Shown piece by piece: positions 19,898 to 29,824 of a stretch of 64,000 bases of DNA; the stretch's first letter is position 1, and every line of letters starts with the position of its first letter. Below the pieces are notes generated by a model. It saw nothing but the letters and a program-made list of their open reading frames with translations, had not been told where the DNA came from and searched no databases. This stretch comes from Candidatus Moraniibacteriota bacterium. Its GTDB lineage: Bacteria; Patescibacteriota; Minisyncoccia; Moranbacterales; UBA9337. The stretch covers positions 14,249 through 78,248 of the forward strand of contig JAQVJM010000002.1 in the NCBI GenBank assembly GCA_028695135.1. The letters run 5' to 3'. A program made the translations under genes and the position numbers.

Positions 19898-20017
19898 ATT
19901 TTTTTATTGAATCATATACTATTATAGCAGTAAATTATGGAAATAACCAACAAATATGTCGGACCGGTGCGGCATTAGATTTTTAAAGAAAAAAATGCTA
20001 TTATAAAGAAGGTCTTG

Positions 20018-20115
20018 GAGGCTTCTATAGAGGCCTCTATAGAAGCCTCTATTTTTAAAATCATTTTTTAAAATCGATATAGTATGCTAATTTACGCATA
20101 TGCGCAAATTAGCAT
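20018..20115. promoter_or_regulatory. 12-nt tandem repeats plus operator-like palindrome upstream of AbrB-like gene
   Basis: GAGGCTTCTATA GAGGCCTCTATA GAAGCCTCTAT; ATGCTAATTTACGCATATGCGCAAATTAGCAT. Confidence 0.55.
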
Positions 20116-20131
20116 AATTATAAATTATGAT

Positions 20132-20308
20132 ATGAGAGCAGGCAACAAAAAAGCGGTCTGTAAGATAAAAAAATCAAGCGCATACAGCTATTCCATAACC
20201 ATTCCCAAAAAAATGATGGATAAATATGATTGGCGGGAAAAACAGAAAATGGTGATAGAAGACAAGGGCGGGGGAAAGTTGGAAATCAGGGATTGGCACA
20301 GCAGATAA
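20132..20308 (+). CDS. AbrB/MazE/SpoVT family DNA-binding protein
   Basis: SYSITIPKKM...W.EKQKMVI swapped-hairpin pattern. Confidence 0.75.
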   Translation: MRAGNKKAVCKIKKSSAYSYSITIPKKMMDKYDWREKQKMVIEDKGGGKLEIRDWHSR

Positions 20309-20377
20309 TCGGTCTCATAATTTTTTTCTACAGTATCGTTCGATCGAACGATACTGTAGAATAAGTTTTTTTAGGGT

Positions 20378-20584
20378 ATGGAAGAAAGTGTATTGAATAA
20401 ACTTGAAAATCAAGAGAAAAAGATAGACGAAATATATAAGTCCGTAGAAAAAACCAGGAAATATTTTTTATGGACGCTGATAATTTCCGCGGGAGCGATC
20501 CTTATTCCGCTTGTCGGACTCATGATCATAGTTCCTTGGTTTTTGAAAGCGATAAGCTCCGCTTATTCCGGATTAGGGATATAG
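20378..20584 (+). CDS. Small hypothetical membrane protein
   Basis: KIDEIYKSVEKTRKYFLW plus TM. Confidence 0.75.
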   Translation: MEESVLNKLENQEKKIDEIYKSVEKTRKYFLWTLIISAGAILIPLVGLMIIVPWFLKAISSAYSGLGI

Positions 20585-20788
20585 CTGCGCATCCAAGAAA
20601 AAAATTTTTTATCTTTAAGTTTGTTCCTATATGATGAGAATATATTATTTTATGAACCTGTAGGCAACCTAGCGCTTTTTTATTAGAATAAGGAGCATTC
20701 CTGGGGTTCATAAAATAATATATTCTCATCTCTTAAAATTATTTAAAATTCGAGCATCGTTGTAAGAATTACAAAATTAGTATATTCG

Positions 20789-20808
20789 CCTGCCTGCCGG
20801 CAGGCAGG
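20789..20808. repeat. CCTGCCTGCCGGCAGGCAGG palindrome
   Basis: Perfect 20-nt palindrome; copies at 22271, 29197, partial at 33195 and 39736. Confidence 0.85.
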
Positions 20809-20833
20809 TACAAATTTGTAATTTCGTAAAGAT

Positions 20834-21955
20834 ATGAAGATTGCCATTCAAGCGGCTGATCTGGACAACAACAGGATAGACGGGACGCGCGTCTATCTTT
20901 TAAATGTGCTTAAATATCTGGGAAAAATTTCCCCGGAAGATGATTTTTTTATTTATCATAAAAAGGAATTTAATCCGGAACTAGTTCCGCCAGAGTTTAC
21001 GAATTACGTAATCAAAAAAGTGTCATCTCCTTTCCTATGGACGCAGACAAGATTTGCTTGGGAGGTTTGGAAGGAAGGTGTCGATGTCTTGTGGATGCCG
21101 ATGCATAATGCGCCACTTTTTGGAAGCAAGAAAACAAAAAAGGTCGTAACGATCCACGATTTGGCTTTCAAGAGATTTTCTGAAGCTTTCACCAAGGGAG
21201 ACCTGTTCAAATTAAACCTGCTTACGGAGCTGGCGATAAAAAAAGCCGACAAAATTATCGCTGTTTCGCAGTCCACCAAAAGAGACATACTGGAATTTTA
21301 TCCGGAAATAAATCCAGAAGATATTAGAGTTATCTATCACGGATTTGACGCTGAATTATTTGAAAAAAGATATTCAGAAGAAAAGAGGAACAGCGTCCTA
21401 AAAAGCTATAAGTTAAAAGCTAAAAGCTACATTCTCTATGTCGGCGCGATCCAACCGAGAAAAAACTTGAAGACCCTAATAAGGGCTTTCGAATCGTTGA
21501 AGGGAAGCGGGGAAGCGGAAGATCTTAAATTGGTCATTTCCGGAAGCAAGGCTTGGCGCTGGGAAGACACGATCGAAGCGGTGGAAAAAAGCAGCCAGAG
21601 GGAAAACATAATTTTAACCGGTAGGGTTTCTTTTGAAGATCTTTCGATTATCTATAGGGGCGCGTCGGTTTTTGTTTTTCCTTCCCTGTATGAAGGTTTC
21701 GGCATTCCGGTTTTGGAAGCTTTTGCTTCGGGCGTTCCGGCCGTCGTTTCCAGAAATTCCAGCCTTGAGGAAGTGGGAGGGGAGGCGGTAGAATATTTCG
21801 ACGGATCGGATGCCGGAGACCTTTCGAAAAAAATAGGAAATATTTTGAAAAGCGATGAGATTCAAAGATCAATGGTTGAAAAAGGGAAAAAACGATTGAA
21901 AAATTTTTCTTGGGAGAAATGCGCGAGGGAGACTTTGGGTTTTTTGAAAAGTTAA
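20834..21955 (+). CDS. Glycosyltransferase family 4
   Basis: TIHDL, VGAIQPRKN, PSLYEGFGIPVLEA. Confidence 0.93.
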   Translation: MKIAIQAADLDNNRIDGTRVYLLNVLKYLGKISPEDDFFIYHKKEFNPELVPPEFTNYVIKKVSSPFLWTQTRFAWEVWKEGVDVLWMPMHNAPLFGSKKTKKVVTIHDLAFKRFSEAFTKGDLFKLNLLTELAIKKADKIIAVSQSTKRDILEFYPEINPEDIRVIYHGFDAELFEKRYSEEKRNSVLKSYKLKAKSYILYVGAIQPRKNLKTLIRAFESLKGSGEAEDLKLVISGSKAWRWEDTIEAVEKSSQRENIILTGRVSFEDLSIIYRGASVFVFPSLYEGFGIPVLEAFASGVPAVVSRNSSLEEVGGEAVEYFDGSDAGDLSKKIGNILKSDEIQRSMVEKGKKRLKNFSWEKCARETLGFLKS

Positions 21956-21959
21956 AAAG

Positions 21960-22465
21960 CGCTTCTCTTTCCCCGAAAGGGCTGAAGCGCAGTTCATTTA
22001 TATTCTCAAATATGCCCGTTTTCTTTCTCGCCAAAGAAAACGGGCAAAAAGAAACCGCATCCTGACAACCTCGGCGATAAGATCAAGCTTCATTCTTTAA
22101 AATTTCATATTCCCCCGCTCGCCTAGGCGAGCGGGTCCATTTCACTGAAATTTTAAATCATTCAGCCTGATCTTATGACGCCTCGGTTGTCGCGGATGAA
22201 TGATAATTAATTCGAGATTAAATTGTGCAAAAATCCGCCCGTCTGCACATGTCATTCTGAACGAATTGAACCTGCCTGCCGGCAGGCAGGAAATCTCTGT
22301 TTATTTAGATGAGATCATTCTCTGCGCCCAGGATGACATTTGAGAAATGTCACTTCTTGACGCTCAAAAGCTAAAATTTGGAAACGCACTTGCGATGTGC
22401 GGAATGCAGCTGATCGTTCAGTCTAATTTTATTATACCTCGGTTGTCGCGGACGGAGCGAAAGAA
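21960..22465. repeat. Composite non-coding repeat/MITE-like region
   Basis: Several palindromes; shares blocks with 62780..63100; contains ATGTCATTCTG...CAGGATGACAT element (22249..22339). Confidence 0.65.
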
Positions 22466-22477
22466 TTTTATTTGTAT

Positions 22478-22855
22478 TTAATTGTCTATAAAAAGAACTT
22501 TAAAAAAGTAATAGATTATAAAAAGCGAAGTTGTCGTTATTATTATAATTTCTGACCAGTGAAATTTGATCAGAGAAAGGGAAATTATGATTATTCCAAA
22601 AATGGCGGCAATCGCGCAGTGCCATTTTTTTATCTTTAAATCGAATGATAAACCCAGAATTTTCCCTAGCGCAGACAGCATAACTATCAGAATCAAGGAG
22701 AATATAGCCAGCCTCAGAAAACTGAGATGGGCGGATATTAATCCGGGCAGGATGCTTTCGGCCAGAAGCGCCGCGGACCATACGAAAAAAGCAAGAAATA
22801 TTATGATTTCCAAAATTTTATAAATCAATAGTTTTTTATTTTTGTCCAGTTCCAT
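22478..22855 (-). CDS. Hypothetical 4-TM protein
   Basis: Hydrophobic ORF in operon. Confidence 0.7.
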   Translation of the reverse strand: MELDKNKKLLIYKILEIIIFLAFFVWSAALLAESILPGLISAHLSFLRLAIFSLILIVMLSALGKILGLSFDLKIKKWHCAIAAIFGIIIISLSLIKFHWSEIIIITTTSLFIIYYFFKVLFIDN

Positions 22856-22955
22856 TTTTTTATGATTAAAATTTATAATCCGTCATGGCGGATCGGATCC
22901 TTCGAATATGCGGTTCAGGATATTTGAATATCATTTTTTGTAGATTCGTATTATA

Positions 22956-23900
22956 TCATAATTTTTCTCCCGTAAATCTCGCTCTTATTTTATTCTTGGT
23001 ATCGGCAAGGAAGAGAAAGAGGTTGCTTTTATTGGGCGTCTTTTTGAATTCCAAATCTATTTTTGCTATTTTTACACTTTTGGGAATGTCGGACAATTCG
23101 AAACGGTAATCCTTTCCGGAAAATCGCGATAATTTTTCTGCGGATATTGTGCAGGAATATCTCCTTTTAAAAAACGGATGCTGATCCGGATGGCAAACTT
23201 CTCCTATGGCCAAGCTTCCTTCCTGGACTGATATGTTATTTTTAAAATCTTTCACATAAGGATATTCGGAGAGATTTATCTTTTTCTTGAATCCGTTTTC
23301 TATCAGGTAATAGTTGTCCTTATCAGTATGAAGTATCGTTCCTTCAGGATGGGCGGACGAGATATTAAGAAGATCTTCTTTCTCATATTCGCTAAGGTCA
23401 ATCTCTCCTGTTTCTCTGTTTTCAAAAGCATATCCTAATCCGGTTAGAGTGAGAGGGTTGTCTATGGGGTTCTTTTGGCGGTTTCCCGCGATGAAATAAG
23501 ATTCCTCCGAGGCCACTAAGAGATTTTCTTGGATATCCGTTCCAAGGCTCTCCCGCAGTTCAGCTTCCGGGTAAAAGAATGACTTGTAGGATTTTTTTAC
23601 GTTTATTTGAGATACGGAAATCGGATCGGATTTTTTTTCCAAATTGATTGAAATATCTATTTTTGAAAAATCTTGCGGAGTAGAAGCAAAGAATGAAATG
23701 GAATTTTCCGATTGGGAAACGTCAGTCACAGTGTTTTTCAGGCTGTTCATATTCCTAAAAGACTGCATAAAATATTCCGAAGGGAAAAGAAGACGGTAAA
23801 AGAAGCAGAGGGAGCCTAAGATGAAAATTGTAAAAATAAAAAGAACGGAAATCCTAAAATTTTTTTTGTTTTTTTCATCCAGCTTGAGATTATTTTTCAT
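22956..23900 (-). CDS. Hypothetical membrane-anchored protein
   Basis: N-terminal TM, HPEGT motif; 3 nt from upstream stop. Confidence 0.75.
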   Translation of the reverse strand: MKNNLKLDEKNKKNFRISVLFIFTIFILGSLCFFYRLLFPSEYFMQSFRNMNSLKNTVTDVSQSENSISFFASTPQDFSKIDISINLEKKSDPISVSQINVKKSYKSFFYPEAELRESLGTDIQENLLVASEESYFIAGNRQKNPIDNPLTLTGLGYAFENRETGEIDLSEYEKEDLLNISSAHPEGTILHTDKDNYYLIENGFKKKINLSEYPYVKDFKNNISVQEGSLAIGEVCHPDQHPFFKRRYSCTISAEKLSRFSGKDYRFELSDIPKSVKIAKIDLEFKKTPNKSNLFLFLADTKNKIRARFTGEKL

Positions 23901-23903
23901 AGG

Positions 23904-25790
23904 CTATTTTTTTATTTCAAAAATTTCTCCCTTTACATGAATATTTTCTTTTTTAGGAAATGAAAAATCTTTTGGCGGATCGATAAGCGCATTGGTGACG
24001 AAGGAATAGGAATTGACGGATATAAGCTTGTCTCCTAGATAGCTTTCCTTGTAGTATTTTACATTGCTTTTGGGAGTTATCAAATATATTTTCTCATATT
24101 TTTGAGTATTGAGACGCTTCAAGTCATCGGGATTGAAAAAATAAACGGCATTTTTTTCAAAAAGGAAGTTCATAGGAGCGGCGATCATTTCTTGGCTGTT
24201 TCCCCCGGATTTTTGATCTACGAGAATCAGATCGTTCTCGGTGAAATTCTGGCTTATATTCCTGGTATCCTCCATGAGGTTCATTCCGGGGACATAAGAG
24301 AAAAAATAAATGGCGGCCGGGAGGTTAAGAATAATTATAAAAAGCAGGATAATTTTATAATAAAGCGCTTGTGCGGGTTTTTTGAAAAAAGCGCAGAGCA
24401 AAAGAGGGGAATATAATATCGCAGCCGGCAGGACGGCGAAGACGAATCTTCTCAGCATCCATGGATGGTCGGGGGTTATCTGTGGATTGAGTATATATAT
24501 GAAAGAGGGGAGAGCGATAAAAAAGGGAACAAGTTTTACGTAGTCTCTTTTTTTGAAAAAATATATTACGGAGACGAATCCCAAAAGAAGGGGCGCCAAT
24601 ATTCCGTAAAGCGCAAAGATTTTAAAAAGGTTGAGAGAGGAGATGGCGTAATCGCCGGTAATCTTTGCGGCGTTTCCGGAAAAATCTTTTGCCAAAGCTT
24701 TAATGATAGCTTTGTAAAAATAAACATCCGCGACCAAATTCCAAGCGAAGAAAAAGACGAGCAATGCAATAGCCGGTAAAATGATCTTTAGGAAATTTAT
24801 TCTAAAATATCTAGCAGTGTTTTTGTGGAGAAGAAGGATAAAAATCATTGCTACAAAGAAGGCCAAACCTTCAATCCGAGTAAAGACCAACAATCCGAAA
24901 CTCATAAATAAAACAAGCAACGTTATCGCATTTTTGTAAAAGCTTTCTACTTTTGATCCGGTCAGATAAATCATCTGAAGAATTCCTATCCAAAGGAGGG
25001 CCAGTGCCATATTTTCCGTGAGAGTGAATTTGGCAAACCAGAAAAAGGAAAAGGATGTGGCGACAATAGACAAGGTTGCAATTGATGCAAAAAGAGCCTC
25101 TTTTTTCCCGAGGGGTTTTGCGAGACTGAAAGAAATCAAAAATATGGATAGGAGAAAAATATAAAGGAGAATGGCGTTGGCGATTATGAATCCGGCCAGA
25201 CCCAAAAAGGAATAAAAAAATGAAAGCCATGATATGTAGACTAAGGGAAATTGGGTAGATAGATTTCCATCCGGTGTGTAAAAAAATCCGGGAAAATTCA
25301 GCGCTTTTCCGGAAGCATCGGCGTGGCAGTAAAATCCATCCAGTTTTTCTTTCAAGGAGCGGTTATCTTTTTCAGTCAGGCCTTTTTCTTTGATACAGCC
25401 GGCCATTTTGTCCCGGGGCGCGGAATTTATCTCAAAAAAATCTCGGGATACCGGATTGGAAAATTCCAGCTGATTGTTCTGTGAGAGCCTGATGGCGGCT
25501 TCGCTTATGGATCCCTGGTCGCGTCCGGAAAAGACAGTCGGATTTACATAGACAGAAAAAGCGGTGACAATTATAAATAAGCTTAAGTTGACGATTACGA
25601 AAGTCCGGGATGATTTTAGGAGAGGTTTCAAGAAAAACCTTATTCCCAGAGCTACTACAAGCGCTATAAACAAGACAAGGATCCACCAGTAAAAAGCGCC
25701 CAATAGGGTGATAATAAAAGCCAGCCATCCGAGAGCCAGCCAGAAAAGTAAAAATATATTAAAAGATTCAAAGTCATTTTTGTTTAGCAT
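23904..25790 (-). CDS. Polytopic membrane protein, putative GT-C-fold glycosyltransferase
   Basis: GRDQG, FPGF, TLTEN, TRIEG, DHPWMLRRF; many TMs. Confidence 0.7.
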   Translation of the reverse strand: MLNKNDFESFNIFLLFWLALGWLAFIITLLGAFYWWILVLFIALVVALGIRFFLKPLLKSSRTFVIVNLSLFIIVTAFSVYVNPTVFSGRDQGSISEAAIRLSQNNQLEFSNPVSRDFFEINSAPRDKMAGCIKEKGLTEKDNRSLKEKLDGFYCHADASGKALNFPGFFYTPDGNLSTQFPLVYISWLSFFYSFLGLAGFIIANAILLYIFLLSIFLISFSLAKPLGKKEALFASIATLSIVATSFSFFWFAKFTLTENMALALLWIGILQMIYLTGSKVESFYKNAITLLVLFMSFGLLVFTRIEGLAFFVAMIFILLLHKNTARYFRINFLKIILPAIALLVFFFAWNLVADVYFYKAIIKALAKDFSGNAAKITGDYAISSLNLFKIFALYGILAPLLLGFVSVIYFFKKRDYVKLVPFFIALPSFIYILNPQITPDHPWMLRRFVFAVLPAAILYSPLLLCAFFKKPAQALYYKIILLFIIILNLPAAIYFFSYVPGMNLMEDTRNISQNFTENDLILVDQKSGGNSQEMIAAPMNFLFEKNAVYFFNPDDLKRLNTQKYEKIYLITPKSNVKYYKESYLGDKLISVNSYSFVTNALIDPPKDFSFPKKENIHVKGEIFEIKK

Positions 25791-25887
25791 ACTTAAACTA
25801 TAAACGCAAAATCTTCGGTTGACAAGGTTGCCGGGTTTTGTAAATCAGGCTAATATTAGGGAAGGCGAGCATTTTTAATCATTTTTT

Positions 25888-26262
25888 ATGTCTATAAGAT
25901 TTTACATCTGGGGCCTTGTGTTTAGCACGATCCTATCTCTGGCGGCGTGGGTCTTTGTCATCTTCTATATCGATCCGGAAGAAGCGGGAGTATTCGGGAA
26001 ATTTTTCTTCTTTGCCAGCTTGTTTCTTTTCCTTTCCGGGCTGTTTGTGACTTTTCTGGTATGGCTCAGAATGAAATTTATGGGCGAAGAAGTCGCGGCG
26101 GAAACTATCGGGCTTAGCTCAAGGCAGGGAATTCTCTCGGCTTTATTTTTTACTGCAGTTATTGTTTTATTCGGATCCGGATACCTGGTTTGGTGGAACG
26201 CCCTTTTGGTTTTGGCGGGAATATTGTTGGTTGAATTTTATTTCTTGAGCCGGGATAAATAG
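25888..26262 (+). CDS. Hypothetical membrane protein
   Basis: Four TMs, IDP and SSRQG motifs. Confidence 0.8.
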   Translation: MSIRFYIWGLVFSTILSLAAWVFVIFYIDPEEAGVFGKFFFFASLFLFLSGLFVTFLVWLRMKFMGEEVAAETIGLSSRQGILSALFFTAVIVLFGSGYLVWWNALLVLAGILLVEFYFLSRDK

Positions 26263-26353
26263 ATTTGACTTAGGGCATAAAGGATGCAAGAATAAGTCAA
26301 CCAAAAATGGTTGTTTTTTAGTTTTTTTGAAAATTTACATAAGGAGAAGAAAA

Positions 26354-26545
26354 ATGGAGATTAAAAAATTCAAAAAGAACGGACTGAATGTTATTAAGAT
26401 CTACGGAACGATGGCCGGGAAACTCAGATATCCTATTACATTGATCGATACTCCGGGCGCAATTATAATCGATATCGAGAAGCCGGAGCTGCTAAGCATC
26501 AAGGGCTATAGGATCGTTAAGGAAGAGAATATTTCTTCACGTTGA
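26354..26545 (+). CDS. Small hypothetical protein
   Basis: AAGGAG Shine-Dalgarno before ATG 26354. Confidence 0.55.
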   Translation: MEIKKFKKNGLNVIKIYGTMAGKLRYPITLIDTPGAIIIDIEKPELLSIKGYRIVKEENISSR

Positions 26546-26677
26546 TGCTGCGGCAGAAATGCGCGCAAAGATATTCTTTGAGATAAAGACTGCTCCGGAA
26601 AGTTTTAAAAGAACCTGATGACCAAGGCGAGGTTTTTGGGTAGTGATAAAATTCAAATATGAGGAGGAAAGCGGATT

Positions 26678-27661
26678 ATGAAAAAATATTACAAACCTAA
26701 GGTTGTTTCTCCTTCTTTTGAGATAGTTCCCGATGATATCGGCTTGGCCGTAAGGATAGAGTTTACCGGCCGGGTTTGCTACAAGAGCGAGGACAGGATA
26801 AGTGCCGACTCTTCAGCCGGATTTTGCCGGGGAATGGTAAATCACAAACACAATTCCGTTCTCGAAATGGGCGTGCGCACCTGTGAGGTGAAAGCCAGGA
26901 CTAAGTCGCATATGCGCGAGATAATCATGGCTATGCCGAAGTATCTTTTTATCGATGATTTTCCTTTTGAAAAAAGGACTCTGATAACCGGAAGCGTGCG
27001 CGCTTTCCGGGAAATGCTGATGAGACTTCCTGGAAATGAGATAATAAGGACGATTGCTTTTGACATGAATAAAAATCATCCTTATTTTTTTGAGGATATA
27101 GCATCTTTGCTTCCGGTGAAAAGATCAAGAAAGATTTCTTGTCGGCAAGTTTCCCTAGAGGAAATCGATCAGATGGAACCGGAAATCCAGGCTCGCCATC
27201 GACATTTGGCGGTCAAGTTTATCGTCAGTCGCGCGGTGACTCATGAAATCGTCCGGCATCGCCCTTGCTCTTTTCTGCAAGAGAGCCAGCGATATTGTTG
27301 CTATAGCGATGGAAAATTCGGTTCTCGCATTACTTTCATCAAACCTGTATTTTTCAAAGAGGACAGCGAGGATTATGAGATATGGGGGAAAGAATGTTTA
27401 TCAGCCGAGGCCGTCTATATGAAGTTGATAAAAAACAATTCCCCCCAGGCGGCTCGCACGGTTCTTCCAAATTCCTGTAAGACGGAAATATTTGTCTATG
27501 CGAATCTGGCAGAGTGGCATCATATTCTTCATATGCGCACAAGCAAGGCTGCCGAGCCTTCAATGCGGGAAGTTATGATCCCCCTGCAAAAAGAACTTAT
27601 GAAAAGATTTCCCGAACAGAATTTTGGAGAGCCTCTCCGGATGCCGGAGGGCTATGTGTAG
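26678..27661 (+). CDS. thyX: FAD-dependent thymidylate synthase
   Basis: GRVCYKS, HNSVLE, THEIVRHRPCSFLQESQRY, ARTVLPN. Confidence 0.93.
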   Translation: MKKYYKPKVVSPSFEIVPDDIGLAVRIEFTGRVCYKSEDRISADSSAGFCRGMVNHKHNSVLEMGVRTCEVKARTKSHMREIIMAMPKYLFIDDFPFEKRTLITGSVRAFREMLMRLPGNEIIRTIAFDMNKNHPYFFEDIASLLPVKRSRKISCRQVSLEEIDQMEPEIQARHRHLAVKFIVSRAVTHEIVRHRPCSFLQESQRYCCYSDGKFGSRITFIKPVFFKEDSEDYEIWGKECLSAEAVYMKLIKNNSPQAARTVLPNSCKTEIFVYANLAEWHHILHMRTSKAAEPSMREVMIPLQKELMKRFPEQNFGEPLRMPEGYV

Positions 27662-27776
27662 AAAAAAAACAATGAGGAATTTATCCGCTTATGCTAGAAG
27701 GGCATAAGCGGCCTTTTATTTTTACAAGCTGATGTGGTAAAATAAAATACGGTGTCTTTTAAATTTTAATGAGATA

Positions 27777-29141
27777 ATGATGAATAATGAAAAAAATAAT
27801 CACGTGATCAGAGATTTGGACAACGGCGGGTTCGTCTTGGTTCTGAATAACGGAGCCGAGATCGACGGGCAGGCGGAAGCCATGCTCCAAGCGCTCCATT
27901 CGCGTTCCACCGGGGGAATAAAAAGCCATCTGAAAATATTGGAAGAGAAGGGCGCGGAGGATTTTATGGAAAAGTTTTATGTGGGCTACGGGCATAAATC
28001 CATAGGAGATTGCGGCAGCGCGACCGTTTTTGTGGAAGGAATATCGATGCTGGCCGCCAAAGCCATTCAGGACTGGCGGCTTTATTCGGGGCAGGAAGCT
28101 TCGACCAGATACGTTGATTTTTCCAAGCAGAAATTCTTGGATCCCACCGGCAAGGAAGAAGGAAAAGAAGTTTTGGAGAATTGGAGGAAATTTTATCTTA
28201 AAGCCCAAGAGCCCGTAAGAAAACATCTAAAAAAACAATTTCCGAAGGGAAAGGAAGAAGATATAAATATATATGAAAAAGCGATTAAGGCGAGAGCCTT
28301 TGATATTACCAGATCATTTCTCCCGGCCGGAGCGACTACCAATGTAGCCTGGAGGATGAATTTTCGCCAGTTTGCCGATGAGCTGATGCTTCTCAGACAT
28401 CATCCGCTTAAAGAGGTTCGGGATATTGCCGAGAAAACCGAAGAAGCTCTCAAGGAAATGTACCCCAGTTCTTTCGGGCACGAAAGATTTGCGCATACCG
28501 AAGAATACAATAAAAAATGGATGCGAGATAAATATTATTATAAGAATGAAAGTGCCGGAGACTTCGAATTGATTTACGATAATGTTGATAGGAAAATGCT
28601 TTCCGAATATGGAGAAGTTTTGAAATCAAGACCTATGAAGACGGAGTTGCCTGCGGCAATCGGAGAGTGCGGGACAGTAGCTTTTGAATTTTTATTGGAT
28701 TTCGGGTCTTTCAGGGACTTCCAGAGACATCGCGCAATCGTACAAAGGATGCCTCTCTTAGTGATGATCCACGGATTCAATGAGTGGTATTTGGACGCTT
28801 TGCCGGAAAATTTAAGAGAAAAGGCTGAAAAATTCATCAAAGAGCAGGAAAGAAAAATTGAAAAGATCGATGCTTCTGAAACAGACAAGCAATATTTCAT
28901 GGCGATGGGGTATCGGGTTCCATGCAGGTTTTCAGGAGATTTAAAAGCGCTGGTTTATCTGACTGAACTCCGATCGACCCGATTCGTCCATCCGACATTA
29001 GTTGAACAGATACTTAAAATGATCAATAATATGAAGGAATTATTTGAAAAAGACGGGTTGGTATTCCACCTAGACGAGGAGCCGAACAGGTTTGACGTAA
29101 GAAGAGGGGAGCAAGACATAATTGAAAAACATAAATCATAA
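27777..29141 (+). CDS. thyX: Tandem-domain ThyX-like FAD-dependent thymidylate synthase
   Basis: YVGYGHKSIGDC, EASTRY, FDITRSFLPAG, RDFQRHR, ELRS. Confidence 0.82.
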   Translation: MMNNEKNNHVIRDLDNGGFVLVLNNGAEIDGQAEAMLQALHSRSTGGIKSHLKILEEKGAEDFMEKFYVGYGHKSIGDCGSATVFVEGISMLAAKAIQDWRLYSGQEASTRYVDFSKQKFLDPTGKEEGKEVLENWRKFYLKAQEPVRKHLKKQFPKGKEEDINIYEKAIKARAFDITRSFLPAGATTNVAWRMNFRQFADELMLLRHHPLKEVRDIAEKTEEALKEMYPSSFGHERFAHTEEYNKKWMRDKYYYKNESAGDFELIYDNVDRKMLSEYGEVLKSRPMKTELPAAIGECGTVAFEFLLDFGSFRDFQRHRAIVQRMPLLVMIHGFNEWYLDALPENLREKAEKFIKEQERKIEKIDASETDKQYFMAMGYRVPCRFSGDLKALVYLTELRSTRFVHPTLVEQILKMINNMKELFEKDGLVFHLDEEPNRFDVRRGEQDIIEKHKS

Positions 29142-29179
29142 TGTAGCAGGTATTAATCATTAAGTGGTATAATATAACA

Positions 29180-29809
29180 ATGGAAGGGGAAAATATCCTG
29201 CCTGCCGGCAGTCAGGGAAAATTCATAGTTTTTGAAGGATTGGACGGATCGGGACAGAGCACGCAGATAAGTTTTTTGGAGAAATATCTGAGGGACAAGG
29301 GGGAAAAATTTCACACCACTTCTGAGCCTTCCGGCAGCCTGATCGGCGGATTGATCAGGTCGGTTCTTGCCAAGCAATGGACGCTGAGCAATACCGGAAT
29401 ACAGCTGCTTTATGCTGCTGACAGGGCGCATCATTTGGAATCAGAAGTCCGGCCGGCTTTGGAGAAAGGCAATCACGTCATTTCCAGCCGTTATTATTTT
29501 TCCACTTTTGCTTTTGGATCTCTGGAAAATGACGTGGAATGGCTGGAAAAGATAAACGAGAAGTTTCGTGCTCCGGATATAACCATCTATATAAAAGTTT
29601 CACCGGAAGAATGCATCAGGAGAATAGAGGATTCCAGATTTCGCCGAGAGCTTTTTGAAGAAAAGGAAAAATTGGAAGAAGTTTCTAAGATGTATGACAA
29701 AATTTATACTAGCGGAAAGTATGATAATTTTCACGTTGTAGACGGGGAGAGGTCAGTCGAGGAAGTTTTTAAAGACGTGATCGGAATAATCGATAAATAT
29801 ATAGATTAA
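29180..29809 (+). CDS. tmk: Thymidylate kinase
   Basis: FIVFEGLDGSGQST, EP, LLYAADRAHH. Confidence 0.93.
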   Translation: MEGENILPAGSQGKFIVFEGLDGSGQSTQISFLEKYLRDKGEKFHTTSEPSGSLIGGLIRSVLAKQWTLSNTGIQLLYAADRAHHLESEVRPALEKGNHVISSRYYFSTFAFGSLENDVEWLEKINEKFRAPDITIYIKVSPEECIRRIEDSRFRRELFEEKEKLEEVSKMYDKIYTSGKYDNFHVVDGERSVEEVFKDVIGIIDKYID

Positions 29810-29824
29810 GATATATATAAAAAT

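Noticed and set aside
26545-26670. Riboswitch upstream of thyX
   Set aside because: Weak hairpins only; no recognisable aptamer consensus
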